This document shows, one piece after another, positions 29,246-39,611 of a stretch of 64,000 nt of DNA (positions are counted from its first letter, which is position 1; each line of letters opens with the position of its first letter). This stretch comes from Polyangiales bacterium (GTDB lineage: Bacteria; Myxococcota_A; Polyangia; Polyangiales; Ga0077539), in assembly GCA_046351555.1 (NCBI GenBank), contig JAXLYI010000006.1, positions 378,284-442,283 of the forward strand, given 5' to 3'. The notes below the pieces were generated by a model. That model searched no databases. It was not told the DNA's origin and saw nothing but the letters and a program-made list of their open reading frames with translations. The translations under genes were made by a program, and so were the position numbers.

Positions 29246-30169
29246 TCACCTTCGCCGCGGGACGGGCAGGCGCATGAGGTCGTCGAGGGCCACCGTGTCG
29301 GGGAAGATCTCGCGCGCCTCGCGGACGTGCTCCGCGGTGCTTTCGTAGCGCTGGGAGAAGTGGGTGAGCGCGAGGCGGCGGGCGCCGGCGGCGAGGGCGG
29401 TGCGGGCGGCGTCGGCGGAGCTCGCGTGGCCGTGGGCGTCGGCGAGCGCCTGGTCGGCGGCGCTGTACGTGGCCTCCATCACGAGCAGGTCGGCGTCGCG
29501 CGCGAGGGCCACGGCGCCGGGGCACGCGCGGGTGTCCATCACGAAGGCCACGGCGCTCCCCTCCTTGGGCACGGAGACGTCGTCGAGGGCGACGGCGCGG
29601 CCGTCGACGGTGACGCTGCCGCGCGCGGCGAGCTCGCTGATGATGGGCCCGGCGAGCCCGAACTCGCGCAGGCGCTCGGGCACGAAGCGCCGGCCGGGGC
29701 GCTCTTGAATGCGGTAGCCGACGGTGGGCACCGGGTGGTCGAGGCGGTGCGCGTGGACGGTGTAGTTCGCGCTCTCGGCGATGCAGACGACGCCCGCGTC
29801 GGGGACGGTGACGGGCGCGGGGACGAGCTCGACGGCCGGGTGGTAGATCGACGCGAAGCGCAGGCGCTGGAAGAACTCCTCGCCGCTGGCGGGGTAGTGC
29901 ACGGTGACCGGGTGGTCGCAGCGGTCGAGCGAGAGGCGCTGGATGATGCCCGCGAGGCCGAGGCAGTGGTCGCCGTGGAAGTGGGTGACGAAGATGCGGT
30001 GGATGGCGCTGGCGGGGAGGTCGCCGAAGGCCATCTGGCGCTGCGTCCCCTCGCCCGGGTCGAAGAGGAAGCCCTCGTCGTCCCAGCGCAGGAAATAGCC
30101 ATTGTGGTTGCGCCGTCGCGTCGGCACCTGGCTGCTGGTGCCGAGGGCGATGAACTCACGGACGCTCAT
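29246..30169 (-). CDS. rnz: ribonuclease Z (MBL-fold tRNA 3'-processing endonuclease)
   Basis: LGTSSQVPTRRRNHNGYFLRWDDEGFLFDPGEGTQRQM, then HFHGDHCLG metallo-beta-lactamase motif. 307 aa. Confidence 0.8.
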   Translation of the reverse strand: MSVREFIALGTSSQVPTRRRNHNGYFLRWDDEGFLFDPGEGTQRQMAFGDLPASAIHRIFVTHFHGDHCLGLAGIIQRLSLDRCDHPVTVHYPASGEEFFQRLRFASIYHPAVELVPAPVTVPDAGVVCIAESANYTVHAHRLDHPVPTVGYRIQERPGRRFVPERLREFGLAGPIISELAARGSVTVDGRAVALDDVSVPKEGSAVAFVMDTRACPGAVALARDADLLVMEATYSAADQALADAHGHASSADAARTALAAGARRLALTHFSQRYESTAEHVREAREIFPDTVALDDLMRLPVPRRR

Positions 30170-30350
30170 CGTCGTGCTCTCGTGGAAGGGGTGTGGCGGA
30201 GGGAGAGGGTGGAGGCGGCGGCGGCATCGGGCGAGGCGCCGCGCGGGGCACCGAAGATGGCACACCCGGCGGCGACGGGCCACGCGGGAAGGTTGCGGCG
30301 GCGGCGCCCCGCGAGGTACACGGACGCTTGCGAAGAGGCGACCGCACCCC

Positions 30351-31628
30351 GTGAGCAACTCCAGGCGCCCCCCACCCCTGCAACCCGCGCCGCCGCGCCC
30401 GCCCGCGGTGTCCGCGCCCCCGCGCCCGCCCGGGGCGTCGATGCCGCCGCGTCCGCCGGCGCCTCCGGGGTCGGCCACGGCGTCGAGGCCCCCGGCCATC
30501 CCCGAGGGCGCGAAGCCGAGTTCGACGGGGCGCTTCGGGCCGAAGCCGGGGCCCATCACGGCGCGGCGCTCGGCGGTGCCGGGCTCGCTGCTCATGGTGA
30601 GCGCGCAGCAGCGGCTCGACCTCGCCGGCGCGGCGATGAAGCTGCGCGACGAGCAGGTGAGCGCGCGGGTGGTGTTCTTCGAGCCCGACCAGCGCACCAA
30701 CGCGGAGCTCGACAAGATCACCGACTCGGTGATCGCGGAGCTCAAGGCGATCCAGAAGGTGCGGGGCCCGACCGGGAGCACGGCGCCGTCGGCCAACGAC
30801 CGCGAGGCCGAGCTCACGTCGCTGCTGCGCGGGCGCCTGGAGCAGCTCCTCGACGCGAAGCGGGCGACCTTCATCCGGGCGAAGCTCGACACGCTCTCGC
30901 GGCGGGTGACGACGCTCTTCTTCGAAGCCGCGCTCGGGCACAACGCAACGCCCGACGAGCTCGCCGCCCGCGTGGTGATGCTCCCCGAGCAGGCGGTGTA
31001 CTACGCGATGCTGCGCGCGAAGGCGCAGATCGTCGACGACCTCCAGTCGCTCAACTACGAGACGGAGGACGTCTACAACGAGTCGCTCGACCGGCTCGCG
31101 CGCCTGGAGAAGGACCTCCAGGTGTCGCTGCTCTCGCGCAAGGCGCCCGAGCTCGAGAAGCTCCTGCCGGTGGTGATCGAGGTGCTGACGGAGTTCCTCA
31201 CCGACACCTTCCGGAGGGACCTGCGGGGCTTCACCGCGCAGGTGGTGAAGGAGTCGGGGGCGGGGCCGGGCGAGGGGCTCGCGCCTCGGATCTCCGCGGC
31301 GGCCTTCCCGCGCTTCCGCGAGGCCTTCGAGCGCAACTTCCTCGAGCGCCTCGTGATGGGCGTGCAGGAGCCCATCCTCCTGCGCCTCGAGGCGATGGAG
31401 GAGGAGTCCGAGGCGCAGCTCTTCCAGGACGAGACCCTCGACTTCATCGCCGACCCGCGCGTCTTCTCCGTCGTGTGCGGGGTGATGTGCGACGCCTTCT
31501 ACGACGCGCTCCACTCCGACGGCCTCGTCGAGCTCCCGGCCGCCTGGCGCCACGCCGACCCCTCCATCGCCAACGCCTACTCCCGCGTCTGGAGCCCCAA
31601 CACCGCCCACGGCGCGAAGCCCCGCTGA
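30351..31628 (+). CDS. hypothetical protein with a Pro-rich N-terminus (start uncertain)
   Basis: Long high-GC3 frame ending at 31628. Candidate starts: GTG 30351, ATG ~30444, ATG ~30592. Confidence 0.4.
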   Translation: MSNSRRPPPLQPAPPRPPAVSAPPRPPGASMPPRPPAPPGSATASRPPAIPEGAKPSSTGRFGPKPGPITARRSAVPGSLLMVSAQQRLDLAGAAMKLRDEQVSARVVFFEPDQRTNAELDKITDSVIAELKAIQKVRGPTGSTAPSANDREAELTSLLRGRLEQLLDAKRATFIRAKLDTLSRRVTTLFFEAALGHNATPDELAARVVMLPEQAVYYAMLRAKAQIVDDLQSLNYETEDVYNESLDRLARLEKDLQVSLLSRKAPELEKLLPVVIEVLTEFLTDTFRRDLRGFTAQVVKESGAGPGEGLAPRISAAAFPRFREAFERNFLERLVMGVQEPILLRLEAMEEESEAQLFQDETLDFIADPRVFSVVCGVMCDAFYDALHSDGLVELPAAWRHADPSIANAYSRVWSPNTAHGAKPR

Positions 31629-31748
31629 CCGCGCCGCCGGGGTGCCCACGCCCCACCGCGTCCCGGGCGGGTGGTGCCTCGGCACCCCAGGGGCCCCACG
31701 CATTCCCGGGCGTTTCGCTCGGCACGCGCCGCGCAATTGCCGGGGGCC

Positions 31749-32510
31749 ATGACGAACACCGCCCCCTTCACCATCGAGAGCGCGGCCCGCACCTTCACGG
31801 GCCGCCGGAGCAACAACGAGGATGCCTTCCTCGCCGAACCCTCGCTCGGCCTCTTCGCCGTCGCTGACGGGATGGGCGGCTACGAGGGCGGCGAGGTCGC
31901 GAGCGGCCTCGCCATCACCGCGATGCGCGGCTTCTACAAGCGCCTCGCGCGCGACGACAACGCGACCTGGCCCTTCGGCCTCGACCCGAGCCTCGGCCTC
32001 GACGAGAACGCCCTCGCCGTCGCCATGCGCGTCGCCGACGCCGAGGTGTCGTCGCAGAAGCGCGGGCGCCTCTCGTCCATGGGCTCCACCGTCGCGGCCG
32101 TGGCCGTGCGCGGCGGCCACGTCGCCATCGGGCACGTCGGCGACTCGCGCGTCTACCGCCTGCGCGACGGGGCCCTCGCGCAGCTCACCCGCGACCACTC
32201 GCTCTACGAGGAGATGCGCGCCACGGGGATGGAGCTGCCGCCGCGCGAGCGCTTCCCCCACGCCAACGTGATCACCCGCGCGCTCGGGATGTGCGCGCGG
32301 CAGGGCCCCGAGGTGAGCGGCGAGGCGCTGCGCGCGGGCGACGTCTACCTGCTCTGCACCGACGGCCTGCTCGAGACGCTCGACGAGGCGCGCATCGGCG
32401 AGGTGCTCGCGTCGGGCGACCCCGAGGCCGCCTGCGAGGACCTCGTCACCGAGGCATTCGAACGCGGCGCCCGCGACAACATCACCGCCGTGGTGCTCCG
32501 GGTGCGGTGA
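31749..32510 (+). CDS. PP2C-family Ser/Thr protein phosphatase
   Basis: FAVADGMGG...GSTVAAV...VGDSRVY...CTDGL...ARDNITAVVL, the PPM motifs. Confidence 0.8.
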   Translation: MTNTAPFTIESAARTFTGRRSNNEDAFLAEPSLGLFAVADGMGGYEGGEVASGLAITAMRGFYKRLARDDNATWPFGLDPSLGLDENALAVAMRVADAEVSSQKRGRLSSMGSTVAAVAVRGGHVAIGHVGDSRVYRLRDGALAQLTRDHSLYEEMRATGMELPPRERFPHANVITRALGMCARQGPEVSGEALRAGDVYLLCTDGLLETLDEARIGEVLASGDPEAACEDLVTEAFERGARDNITAVVLRVR

Positions 32511-32594
32511 GGGGCGCCGGGCCGCATTTTTCCGGCCCGCGCGAAGAACGCCCCGAAGCTCGGCGGTGTCTCTCCCCGACACAGGAGGCCCACG

Positions 32595-33068
32595 ATGGCA
32601 GGAGTTCAGGTGGAGACGGGGCGCCGCGGCGCGGACGGCAACGTCAACATGGTCCCGATGATCGACCTCATGGTCTCGATGATCGCGTTTCTCCTCATGG
32701 CGGCGGTCTGGTCGGAGAGCGGCTCGGTGCGCGCGAACCAGCCCCACGGCGCCGCCGACGCCCCGCCCGTCACCGCCCCGGAGAACGCCCTCCGCGTGGT
32801 GGTGAGCCCCTCGGGCATCGCCGTCGGGCGCACCGCCAGCGACCTCCAGCCCGTCGCCGGGAGCGCGCGCGCCGACGACGCCCTCCGCCGCGCGCTGGTC
32901 GCGCACCGCCGCGCCGACCCCACGCTGCGCAACGTCACCATCCAACCCGACAGCGCCGTCGCCTACGACGACCTCCTCCACGCGATGGACGTGGTCTACG
33001 ACGTATGGAGCGACGGGCTCCCGCGCTCACGCCACCGCGACGAGCGCGTGACCGTCAGCCTGATGTAG
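32595..33068 (+). CDS. exbD: ExbD/TolR-family biopolymer transport protein
   Basis: MVPMIDLMVSMIAFLLM signature TM segment and typical length. No ExbB/TolQ gene is adjacent. Confidence 0.7.
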   Translation: MAGVQVETGRRGADGNVNMVPMIDLMVSMIAFLLMAAVWSESGSVRANQPHGAADAPPVTAPENALRVVVSPSGIAVGRTASDLQPVAGSARADDALRRALVAHRRADPTLRNVTIQPDSAVAYDDLLHAMDVVYDVWSDGLPRSRHRDERVTVSLM

Positions 33069-33109
33069 TTCGCGTGACGGAAGGCTTCGCGCCCGGCCAC
33101 CTTCGGGGC

Positions 33110-34318
33110 ATGCGAGCCTTCGTCGCCCTCTCCTTCGCCCTCGCCGCGTGCGGCAGCGCCACGATCGTCCCCGCCGCCCCCGACGCCTCCACACCCGTCG
33201 ACGTCGCGTCCCTCGACGTCGCCGCGCCTGACGCCTCGCCCGACGTCGCCTCACCGCCCGACGTCGCGCCGCCGCCCGACGCCGACCCGCCCGCGCCCGG
33301 CCGGTGCGCCTCGTCCTCGTTGATCACACGCGACCTCGTCGGCGCCGCGCAGGTGGCCTCCGTCGCGGGCGGCCTCGTCATCGCGTGGTACCCGAACGGC
33401 GGGGGCAGCGTGATGGTGCAGGGCTTCTCCGACTCCCTCACGCCCTACGGCGCGGCCCTCGCGCTCCCGCTCCTCACCAACGGGGTCGAGAACCTCTCGC
33501 TCTCGTTCGACGGCGCGGCGGGCGTCGTCGGCGCGGGCTCGTCGCTCTACCTCCTCGCCCTCGACGGCGGGATGAACCTCTCCCTCACGCGCCGCGCGGA
33601 CTTCCCGCGCGCGATCGTCCGCCACGCGTGGATGGCCACGGAGTCGCTCGCCCACGGCGTCCTCGCCGACGGCCGATACGTCTTCGCCAACGCCATGGCC
33701 GAGAGCGCCAACACCCCCAACACGGCGCTCTCCCCGCCGCACGGCGCCGCGGCGTCGTTCGCCCCGACGCTCGGCGGCTACCTGTCCGTCGAACCCGTCG
33801 CGACCGCCGGCGGGACGCGCGTGCTCCAGCGACGCTTCGTGTTCGGGCACGGGGCCGCCCTCCAGGTCGGGAGTTCCACGGGCGACGGGGTGAGCGCGTC
33901 GCCGACGGTGATCGCGGGCGACGCGCTCACGCGGCTCGTGCAGAGCGAGGGCCGCGACGTCGACGTGAGCCTCGAGCGCCGCGACGTCAACACCTTCGCC
34001 CTCCTCGGCGAGCCCACCCTCCTCCAGCGCGCCGCCGCCTGGAACGGCACCCACGGCGCCATCGACGGCTCGGGCGGCGAAGCCTTCGTCGCGTGGGCCG
34101 CGCATCCGCCCTCCGGCGGCTTCAACAGCGCCGTCCAGGCGATGTGGGCCGGCGAGCGCGGACCGCGGGAGGTGTTCCATCACGCGCGCGGCGTGCCCGT
34201 CCGGGTGTTCGCCGCGGTGAGCGCGGCCGACGCCGCCCTCGGGTGGGTGCTCTACGGCGTCGACGAGATCGCCGGCGGCTTCGTGCTCTTCGGCCGCTGC
34301 GTCGTGCGCGCCTCCTGA
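33110..34318 (+). CDS. hypothetical lipoprotein
   Basis: Lipobox ALSFALAACGS, an Asp/Pro/Ala-rich linker, then a ~330-aa domain with no recognisable motif. Confidence 0.55.
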   Translation: MRAFVALSFALAACGSATIVPAAPDASTPVDVASLDVAAPDASPDVASPPDVAPPPDADPPAPGRCASSSLITRDLVGAAQVASVAGGLVIAWYPNGGGSVMVQGFSDSLTPYGAALALPLLTNGVENLSLSFDGAAGVVGAGSSLYLLALDGGMNLSLTRRADFPRAIVRHAWMATESLAHGVLADGRYVFANAMAESANTPNTALSPPHGAAASFAPTLGGYLSVEPVATAGGTRVLQRRFVFGHGAALQVGSSTGDGVSASPTVIAGDALTRLVQSEGRDVDVSLERRDVNTFALLGEPTLLQRAAAWNGTHGAIDGSGGEAFVAWAAHPPSGGFNSAVQAMWAGERGPREVFHHARGVPVRVFAAVSAADAALGWVLYGVDEIAGGFVLFGRCVVRAS

Positions 34319-34361
34319 ACGCCCTTCCCTTCCGCGCCGGCTCTTGAGACGCTCCGCGGCC

Positions 34362-35372
34362 ATGAAAGCCGCCGTGCTGCGTGGTCTGCGTGAGCTCGTC
34401 ATCGAAAACGTCCCGACGCCCGCCATCGGCCCCAAGGACGTCCTCCTGCGCTCCCGCGCCTGCGGCATCTGCGGGACGGACGTGCACATCTACGACGGGG
34501 AGTTCTTCCCGACGTACCCGCTGGTGCAGGGGCACGAGCTCGCGGGCGAAATCGCCGCCGTGGGCGACGAGGTGAAGGGCCTCGCGGTCGGCGACAAGGT
34601 GATGGTCGACCCCACCGTCACCTGCGACGAGTGCCACTTCTGCATGACCCAGCGGCAGAACCACTGCCTCGCGTGGAACGCCGTCGGCGTCACCCGCGAC
34701 GGCGGCTTCGGCGAGTTCGCCCGCGTCCCCGCCCGCAACTGCTACCGCTTCGACAACGTCAGCTTCTCCGAGGCCGCCTTCACCGAGCCCCTCGCCTGCG
34801 TGGTGTTCGGCCAGGACCGCGCCCGCATCGACATCGGCTCCGAGGTGCTCATCCTCGGCGCCGGGCCCATCGGGCAGCTCCAGCTCCAGGCCTCGCGCGC
34901 CAACGGGGCCGCGTCGGTCACCGTGGTCGACACGGTGGAGGCGAAGCTCGACATGGCCCGGCGCTTCGGCGCCGCCCACACCGTCGTCGCCGACAACGCG
35001 ATGGACGAGAAGCTCCGCAAGATCGCCCGCTACGGCTTCGACGTGGTGATCGACGCCACCGGCAACCCCCGCGCGGTCCAGTCGGCCCTCAAGCACATCG
35101 CGCCGGGCGGGCGCTTCCTGGTGTTCGGCGTGTGCTCGCCCGATGCCACCATCGAGATCAAGCCCTTCGACATCTACCGCCGCGACATCGAGATCATCGG
35201 CAGCTTCGCCATCCGCCGCACCTACGACCGCGCCTTCAAGCTCATGGAGAACGGCGTCGTCAAGGTGAAGGACCTCATCGCCGAGGCCCTCCCCGTCGAG
35301 GAGCTCGCCCGCGGCCTCGACGCCCTCCGCTCGGGCCGCGCCGGCATGAAGCTCCAGGTCGTCTGGGACTGA
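34362..35372 (+). CDS. Zn-dependent medium-chain dehydrogenase (sorbitol / xylitol / L-threonine dehydrogenase family)
   Basis: GICGTDVH...GHE catalytic Zn site, structural Zn Cys cluster (CDECHFC...C), GAGPIG Rossmann motif. Confidence 0.8.
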   Translation: MKAAVLRGLRELVIENVPTPAIGPKDVLLRSRACGICGTDVHIYDGEFFPTYPLVQGHELAGEIAAVGDEVKGLAVGDKVMVDPTVTCDECHFCMTQRQNHCLAWNAVGVTRDGGFGEFARVPARNCYRFDNVSFSEAAFTEPLACVVFGQDRARIDIGSEVLILGAGPIGQLQLQASRANGAASVTVVDTVEAKLDMARRFGAAHTVVADNAMDEKLRKIARYGFDVVIDATGNPRAVQSALKHIAPGGRFLVFGVCSPDATIEIKPFDIYRRDIEIIGSFAIRRTYDRAFKLMENGVVKVKDLIAEALPVEELARGLDALRSGRAGMKLQVVWD

Positions 35373-35375
35373 ACC

Positions 35376-36875
35376 ATGAACCTCCTCGTCGGCCTCGACG
35401 TCGGCACCTCCGCCCTCAAGGCCATCGCCGTCGACGCCGCCGACGGCCGCGTGGTGGCCTCCGCCTCGCGCGAGTACCCCCTCCACACGCCCGCGCCGGG
35501 CCACGCCGAGCAGGACGGCGACGACTTCGCCCGCGCGGCCTTCGAAGCGCTCGCCGAACTCTCGCAGCGCCTCGGCGACGCGCGCGCCAACGTCCGGGGC
35601 ATCGGGCTCTCGGGGCAGATGCACTCGGCGATGCTCCTCGACGCCGAGCGCCGGCTCGTGCGCCGCGCGATCCTCTGGTGCGACACGCGGACGCGCGCCG
35701 AGTGCGAGGCCATCACCGCCGCGCTCGGCCACGAGGGGCTCCGCCGCACCGCGCGCAACCTCGCGCTCGAGGGCTTCACGCTCCCGAAGCTCCTCTGGGT
35801 GCGCGCGCACGAGCCCGACGTGTACGCCCGCATCGAGCGCGTGGTGATGCCCAAGGACTTCGTCGCCCTCGCGCTCACCGGCGAGCTCGGCACGGACGTC
35901 TCCGACGCGAGCGGGACGCTGGCCTTCGACCCCGCGGCGCGATCGTGGTCGCGCGAGGTGCTCGACGCGGTGGGCGTCGACGCGCGGTGGTTCCCGAAGG
36001 CGCGGGAGTCGTGCGAGGTGGTCGGCGGGCTGACGCGCGCCGTCGCCGAGGCCACCGGGCTCCGCGAGGGGACGCCCGTGGTCGCGGGCGCCGCCGACAA
36101 CGCAGCCGCCGCCGTCGGGCTCGGCGTGGTGCGCGCGGGCCGCGGGATGGTCTCGCTCGGCACATCGGGCACCGTCGTCGCCCACACCGACGCGCTCCGG
36201 GTCGACGCGGGCATGCGCCTCCACAGCTTCTGCGCGGCCGTGCCCGGCGCGTCGTACCTGATGGGCGTGATGCTCTCCGCCGGCGCGTCGCTCCGGTGGT
36301 TCCGTGATGTCGTGGCGAAGAAGCCCTACGAGGCCATCACCGCCGACGCCGCACGGGCCACGCCGGGCGCAGGGGGCGTGCTCTTCCTCCCGTACCTGAT
36401 GGGCGAGCGGACGCCGCACAACGACGCGAACGCGCGCGGCGCCTTCGTCGGGCTCTCCGCGGTGACGGGCGAGGCCGAGCTCGCGCGCGCCGTGCTCGAA
36501 GGCATCTCCTTCGGCCTCGCCGACTCGCTCGACCTCATGCGCGAGGCCGAGCCCCCCGTGGCGCTCGACGAGCTGCGTCTCACGGGCGGCGGCGCGCGCA
36601 GCGCCGTGTGGCGCCAGATGCTCGCCGACGTGTTCGGCGTCGAGGTCGCGGTGACCAACTCCACCGAGGGCGCGGCCTTCGGCGCGGCGGTGCTCGCGGG
36701 CGCGGGGGCCGGGGTGTTCGCCGACGTCGCCGGCGCGGCCGACGCGCTCGTGCGGGTGACCGAGCGCGTCTCCCCGGACGCCGCCGCGCACGCGCGCTAC
36801 CGCGAGGCGCACGCGCAGTACCGCGCGCTCTACGGGGCGCTCAAGCCCCGCTTCGCCGCGATGGCCGGGCGCTAA
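35376..36875 (+). CDS. xylB: xylulokinase (FGGY carbohydrate kinase)
   Basis: N-terminal LGLDVGTSALKA and FGGY-family motifs throughout; 499 aa. Follows the polyol dehydrogenase by 3 bp, suggesting a polyol-to-xylulose-5-P operon. Confidence 0.8.
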   Translation: MNLLVGLDVGTSALKAIAVDAADGRVVASASREYPLHTPAPGHAEQDGDDFARAAFEALAELSQRLGDARANVRGIGLSGQMHSAMLLDAERRLVRRAILWCDTRTRAECEAITAALGHEGLRRTARNLALEGFTLPKLLWVRAHEPDVYARIERVVMPKDFVALALTGELGTDVSDASGTLAFDPAARSWSREVLDAVGVDARWFPKARESCEVVGGLTRAVAEATGLREGTPVVAGAADNAAAAVGLGVVRAGRGMVSLGTSGTVVAHTDALRVDAGMRLHSFCAAVPGASYLMGVMLSAGASLRWFRDVVAKKPYEAITADAARATPGAGGVLFLPYLMGERTPHNDANARGAFVGLSAVTGEAELARAVLEGISFGLADSLDLMREAEPPVALDELRLTGGGARSAVWRQMLADVFGVEVAVTNSTEGAAFGAAVLAGAGAGVFADVAGAADALVRVTERVSPDAAAHARYREAHAQYRALYGALKPRFAAMAGR

Positions 36876-37696
36876 CGCTCGAACTGGTAGCGCGCCGGGT
36901 CGTTGCCCCGCACCCGCACCACCACGCGCGAGTCCGTCAGCCGCGCCACCGCCCACGTCGCCGCGGGCAGCCCCGGCGCGTCGTCCTCCAGGTTCTCCAC
37001 CAGGCTCTGCACCGTGACGTACGGGATGCCCCGGATCACGTCGCAGTGGTTCCGGTGCAGGTGCCCGTTGAACACCGCCCGCACCTCGCCGCTCGCCTCC
37101 AGCACCGCGCGGAGCTCGGCGCGGTTCTTCACCAGCGCGAGGTGGGGGGCCTTCGAAAACCACCGCGAGTCCTCGATCTCCTGCTCCGACGCGCTGTGGT
37201 GCATCAGCACCACCGTCGGGCGCCGCGCCGCCGCGAGGTCGGCCCGCAGCCACTCGAGCTGCTCCGACGACACCGCGATGTCCACGTCGCGCCGCTCCAC
37301 CGTGTGGAGAACCACCAGGTGCCAGCCGCGCAGGTCGAAGCTGTAGTAGAGCGCGCGCGGCGCCCCGAGCGAGCCCTCCCAGGCGTGCACGAGTTCGCGC
37401 GACTTCAGGTGGATCAGGTCGTGGTTGCCCGCCACGTTGACCAGCGGCGCCTTCGAGTGGCGGAGCGCCGCCTGGCACTCCAGGTAGCGCGCGAGGTCGA
37501 GGTCGTGCGACTCGTCCTCGATGTCGTCGCCGAGGTTCACCAGGGCGTCGACGCCGACGCGGTCGACCGCCGCCACCGCCGCCGAAGCGAGGGAGCCCGC
37601 GTGCGCGGTCAGCTTGCGGAGCTTGCCTTCGAAGCGCGCCTCGGGGCCGAAGTGCAGGTCGCTGACGAAGCCCAGGGTGAGCGTCTCGGTCGCCAT
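36872..37696 (-). CDS. metallophosphoesterase (calcineurin-like)
   Basis: GFVSDLHFG, GDDIE, GNHD, MHH, GHLH motifs. Confidence 0.75.
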   Translation of the reverse strand: MATETLTLGFVSDLHFGPEARFEGKLRKLTAHAGSLASAAVAAVDRVGVDALVNLGDDIEDESHDLDLARYLECQAALRHSKAPLVNVAGNHDLIHLKSRELVHAWEGSLGAPRALYYSFDLRGWHLVVLHTVERRDVDIAVSSEQLEWLRADLAAARRPTVVLMHHSASEQEIEDSRWFSKAPHLALVKNRAELRAVLEASGEVRAVFNGHLHRNHCDVIRGIPYVTVQSLVENLEDDAPGLPAATWAVARLTDSRVVVRVRGNDPARYQFER

Positions 37697-37764
37697 CCGC
37701 GCGACGCTAGCACCGAGCGTTCGGCGATTGAAGGCGCCGCCCCCCTCGTGCGACCCTCCGCGCC

Positions 37765-38532
37765 ATGCGACCGATCATCATCGGGGCCGGGCGCGGCTCG
37801 CGGCTCGGGCCGCGCACCGACGAGGTCCCCAAGACGCTCGTCCCGGTGATGGGGCGCCCCATGCTCGACTGGATCCTCGACGCCCTCGCCGCCGGCGGCT
37901 TCTCGCGCCGCGACGTGGTCTTCATCTGCGGCTACCGCGCCGAGGTGGTGCGCGCGCGGTACCCCGAGTTCACCTTCGTCGACAACCGCGACTGGGCCCA
38001 CAACAACATCCTCCTCTCGCTCCTCTGCGCGCGCGAGCACCTCGGCGACGGCTTCCTCTGCACCTACGCCGACATCGTCTACCGCCCCGCCATCGTGCGC
38101 GCGCTGATGGCCTCCGCCCACGACGCCACCCTCGGCTGCGACACCGACTGGCGCCGCCGCTATCGCGACCGCTCGCAGCACCCCGAGAGCGACGGCGAGA
38201 AGCTCCTCGCCGAGGGCGACCGCGTCACCCGGCTCTCCCGCACCATCGACCCGGCGAGCGCCAGCGGCGAGTTCGTCGGCGTCGCGCGCTTCACCGCCGA
38301 CGGCGCGCGCACCTTCCTCGACGCCTTCGACGCGGCCCGCGCGCAATACGCCGGCGGCCCCTTCCGCGAGGGCCGGAGCTTCGAGAAGGCCTACCTCATC
38401 GACCTCTTCCAATGGATGATCGAGCGCGGCGCCGCCTTCCACCGCGCCGACACGCACGGAGGCTACATGGAGATCGACACCCTCGAAGACCTCGCCGCGG
38501 CCCAGCGCTGGTGGGAGGAGTCCGCGCCGTGA
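37765..38532 (+). CDS. sugar-phosphate / phospho-base nucleotidyltransferase (LicC/GlmU-N fold)
   Basis: IIGAGRGSRLGPRTDEVPKTLVPVMGRPMLDW is the nucleotidyltransferase signature. Start of a 6-gene overlapping operon. Confidence 0.7.
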   Translation: MRPIIIGAGRGSRLGPRTDEVPKTLVPVMGRPMLDWILDALAAGGFSRRDVVFICGYRAEVVRARYPEFTFVDNRDWAHNNILLSLLCAREHLGDGFLCTYADIVYRPAIVRALMASAHDATLGCDTDWRRRYRDRSQHPESDGEKLLAEGDRVTRLSRTIDPASASGEFVGVARFTADGARTFLDAFDAARAQYAGGPFREGRSFEKAYLIDLFQWMIERGAAFHRADTHGGYMEIDTLEDLAAAQRWWEESAP

Positions 38533-39611
38533 ACGACCGCCCCGTCGCCCCCCTCTTCCCCACCACGGTCGTCGGCTCGATGCCGCGGCCGCAGATGCTC
38601 AAGGATCTCTTCGACGACCTCCACGAGGGCCGCGTCTCGCGCGCCGACTGCGACCGCGTCCTCGACCGCGCCGTCCCCTACGCCATCGCGCTGCAAGACG
38701 CCGCCGGCGTCGACGTCGTCTCCGACGGCGAGTGGCGCCGCTTCTCCTACGTCGCCGTCATCTGCGACGTGGCCTCCGGCTTCCGCCGCGGGCTCTCGGG
38801 CGCGGGCCAGGACGGGCGCTACTGGCACACCGTCGTCGGCCCCGTCGCCACCACCGACCCCGACGGCCTCGCCGCCGACGCGCGCTTCGCCCTCGCCCAC
38901 ACCGCGCGCCCCGTGAAGGTCGCCCTCCCTTCGCCCTACCTCCTCTCCGTCCGCATGTGGGACGAGGCCCAGTCGGCCAACGCCTACCCCACGCGCCGCG
39001 AGTTCGCGAAGGCGCTCGTCCCCGTGCTCCGCCAGCAGGTGATCGCGCTGCGCGACGCGGGCGTCCACACCGTCCAGCTCGACGACCCGCACCTCTGCCT
39101 CTTCGTCGACCCCGCCGTCCGCGCCCGCTTCGCCGACCCCGACGAGGAGGCGATGCACTGCGTCGGGCTCATCAATTCGGTGTTCGAAGGGGTGACGGGC
39201 GTCCGCCGCGCCGTCCACCTCTGCCGACGCAACAAGGGCCGCAAGGGCTGGGTCGCCGAAGGGTCCTACGACGCCATCATGCCGCAGCTCCGCGCGCTCG
39301 ACGTCGACCAGCTCATGATGGAGTTCACCATCCCCGCGGCGGGCGACATGCGCTGCCTGCGCGACCTGCCCGAGCGCGTCCACGTCGGCCTCGGCTGCGT
39401 CGACTGCCGCGGTGAGGTCATCGATTCGCCCGCCACCATCGTCGAGCGCGTCGAGCGCGCGCTCGAGCACCTGCACCCGTCGCGCGTCGCCCTCGCCCCC
39501 GACTGCGGATTCGCGCCGGGCAACGCCGCCGACATCCCCGTCGACGAGGCGTACCAGAAGCTCCGCAACATGGCCGCCGCCGCGCGCGTCCTCCGGGAGC
39601 GCCACGGGTGA
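38529..39611 (+). CDS. cobalamin-independent methionine synthase (MetE) C-terminal-domain-like protein (UroD/MetE fold)
   Basis: GTG overlaps the upstream stop (GTGA). PTTVVGSMPRP start and the DCGF...P end are typical of the standalone MetE-like family. Confidence 0.65.
   Translation: MNDRPVAPLFPTTVVGSMPRPQMLKDLFDDLHEGRVSRADCDRVLDRAVPYAIALQDAAGVDVVSDGEWRRFSYVAVICDVASGFRRGLSGAGQDGRYWHTVVGPVATTDPDGLAADARFALAHTARPVKVALPSPYLLSVRMWDEAQSANAYPTRREFAKALVPVLRQQVIALRDAGVHTVQLDDPHLCLFVDPAVRARFADPDEEAMHCVGLINSVFEGVTGVRRAVHLCRRNKGRKGWVAEGSYDAIMPQLRALDVDQLMMEFTIPAAGDMRCLRDLPERVHVGLGCVDCRGEVIDSPATIVERVERALEHLHPSRVALAPDCGFAPGNAADIPVDEAYQKLRNMAAAARVLRERHG

Noticed and set aside
34122-37478. 1118-aa minus-strand ORF across the dehydrogenase/xylulokinase operon
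   Set aside because: Antisense to two enzymes with unambiguous motifs.
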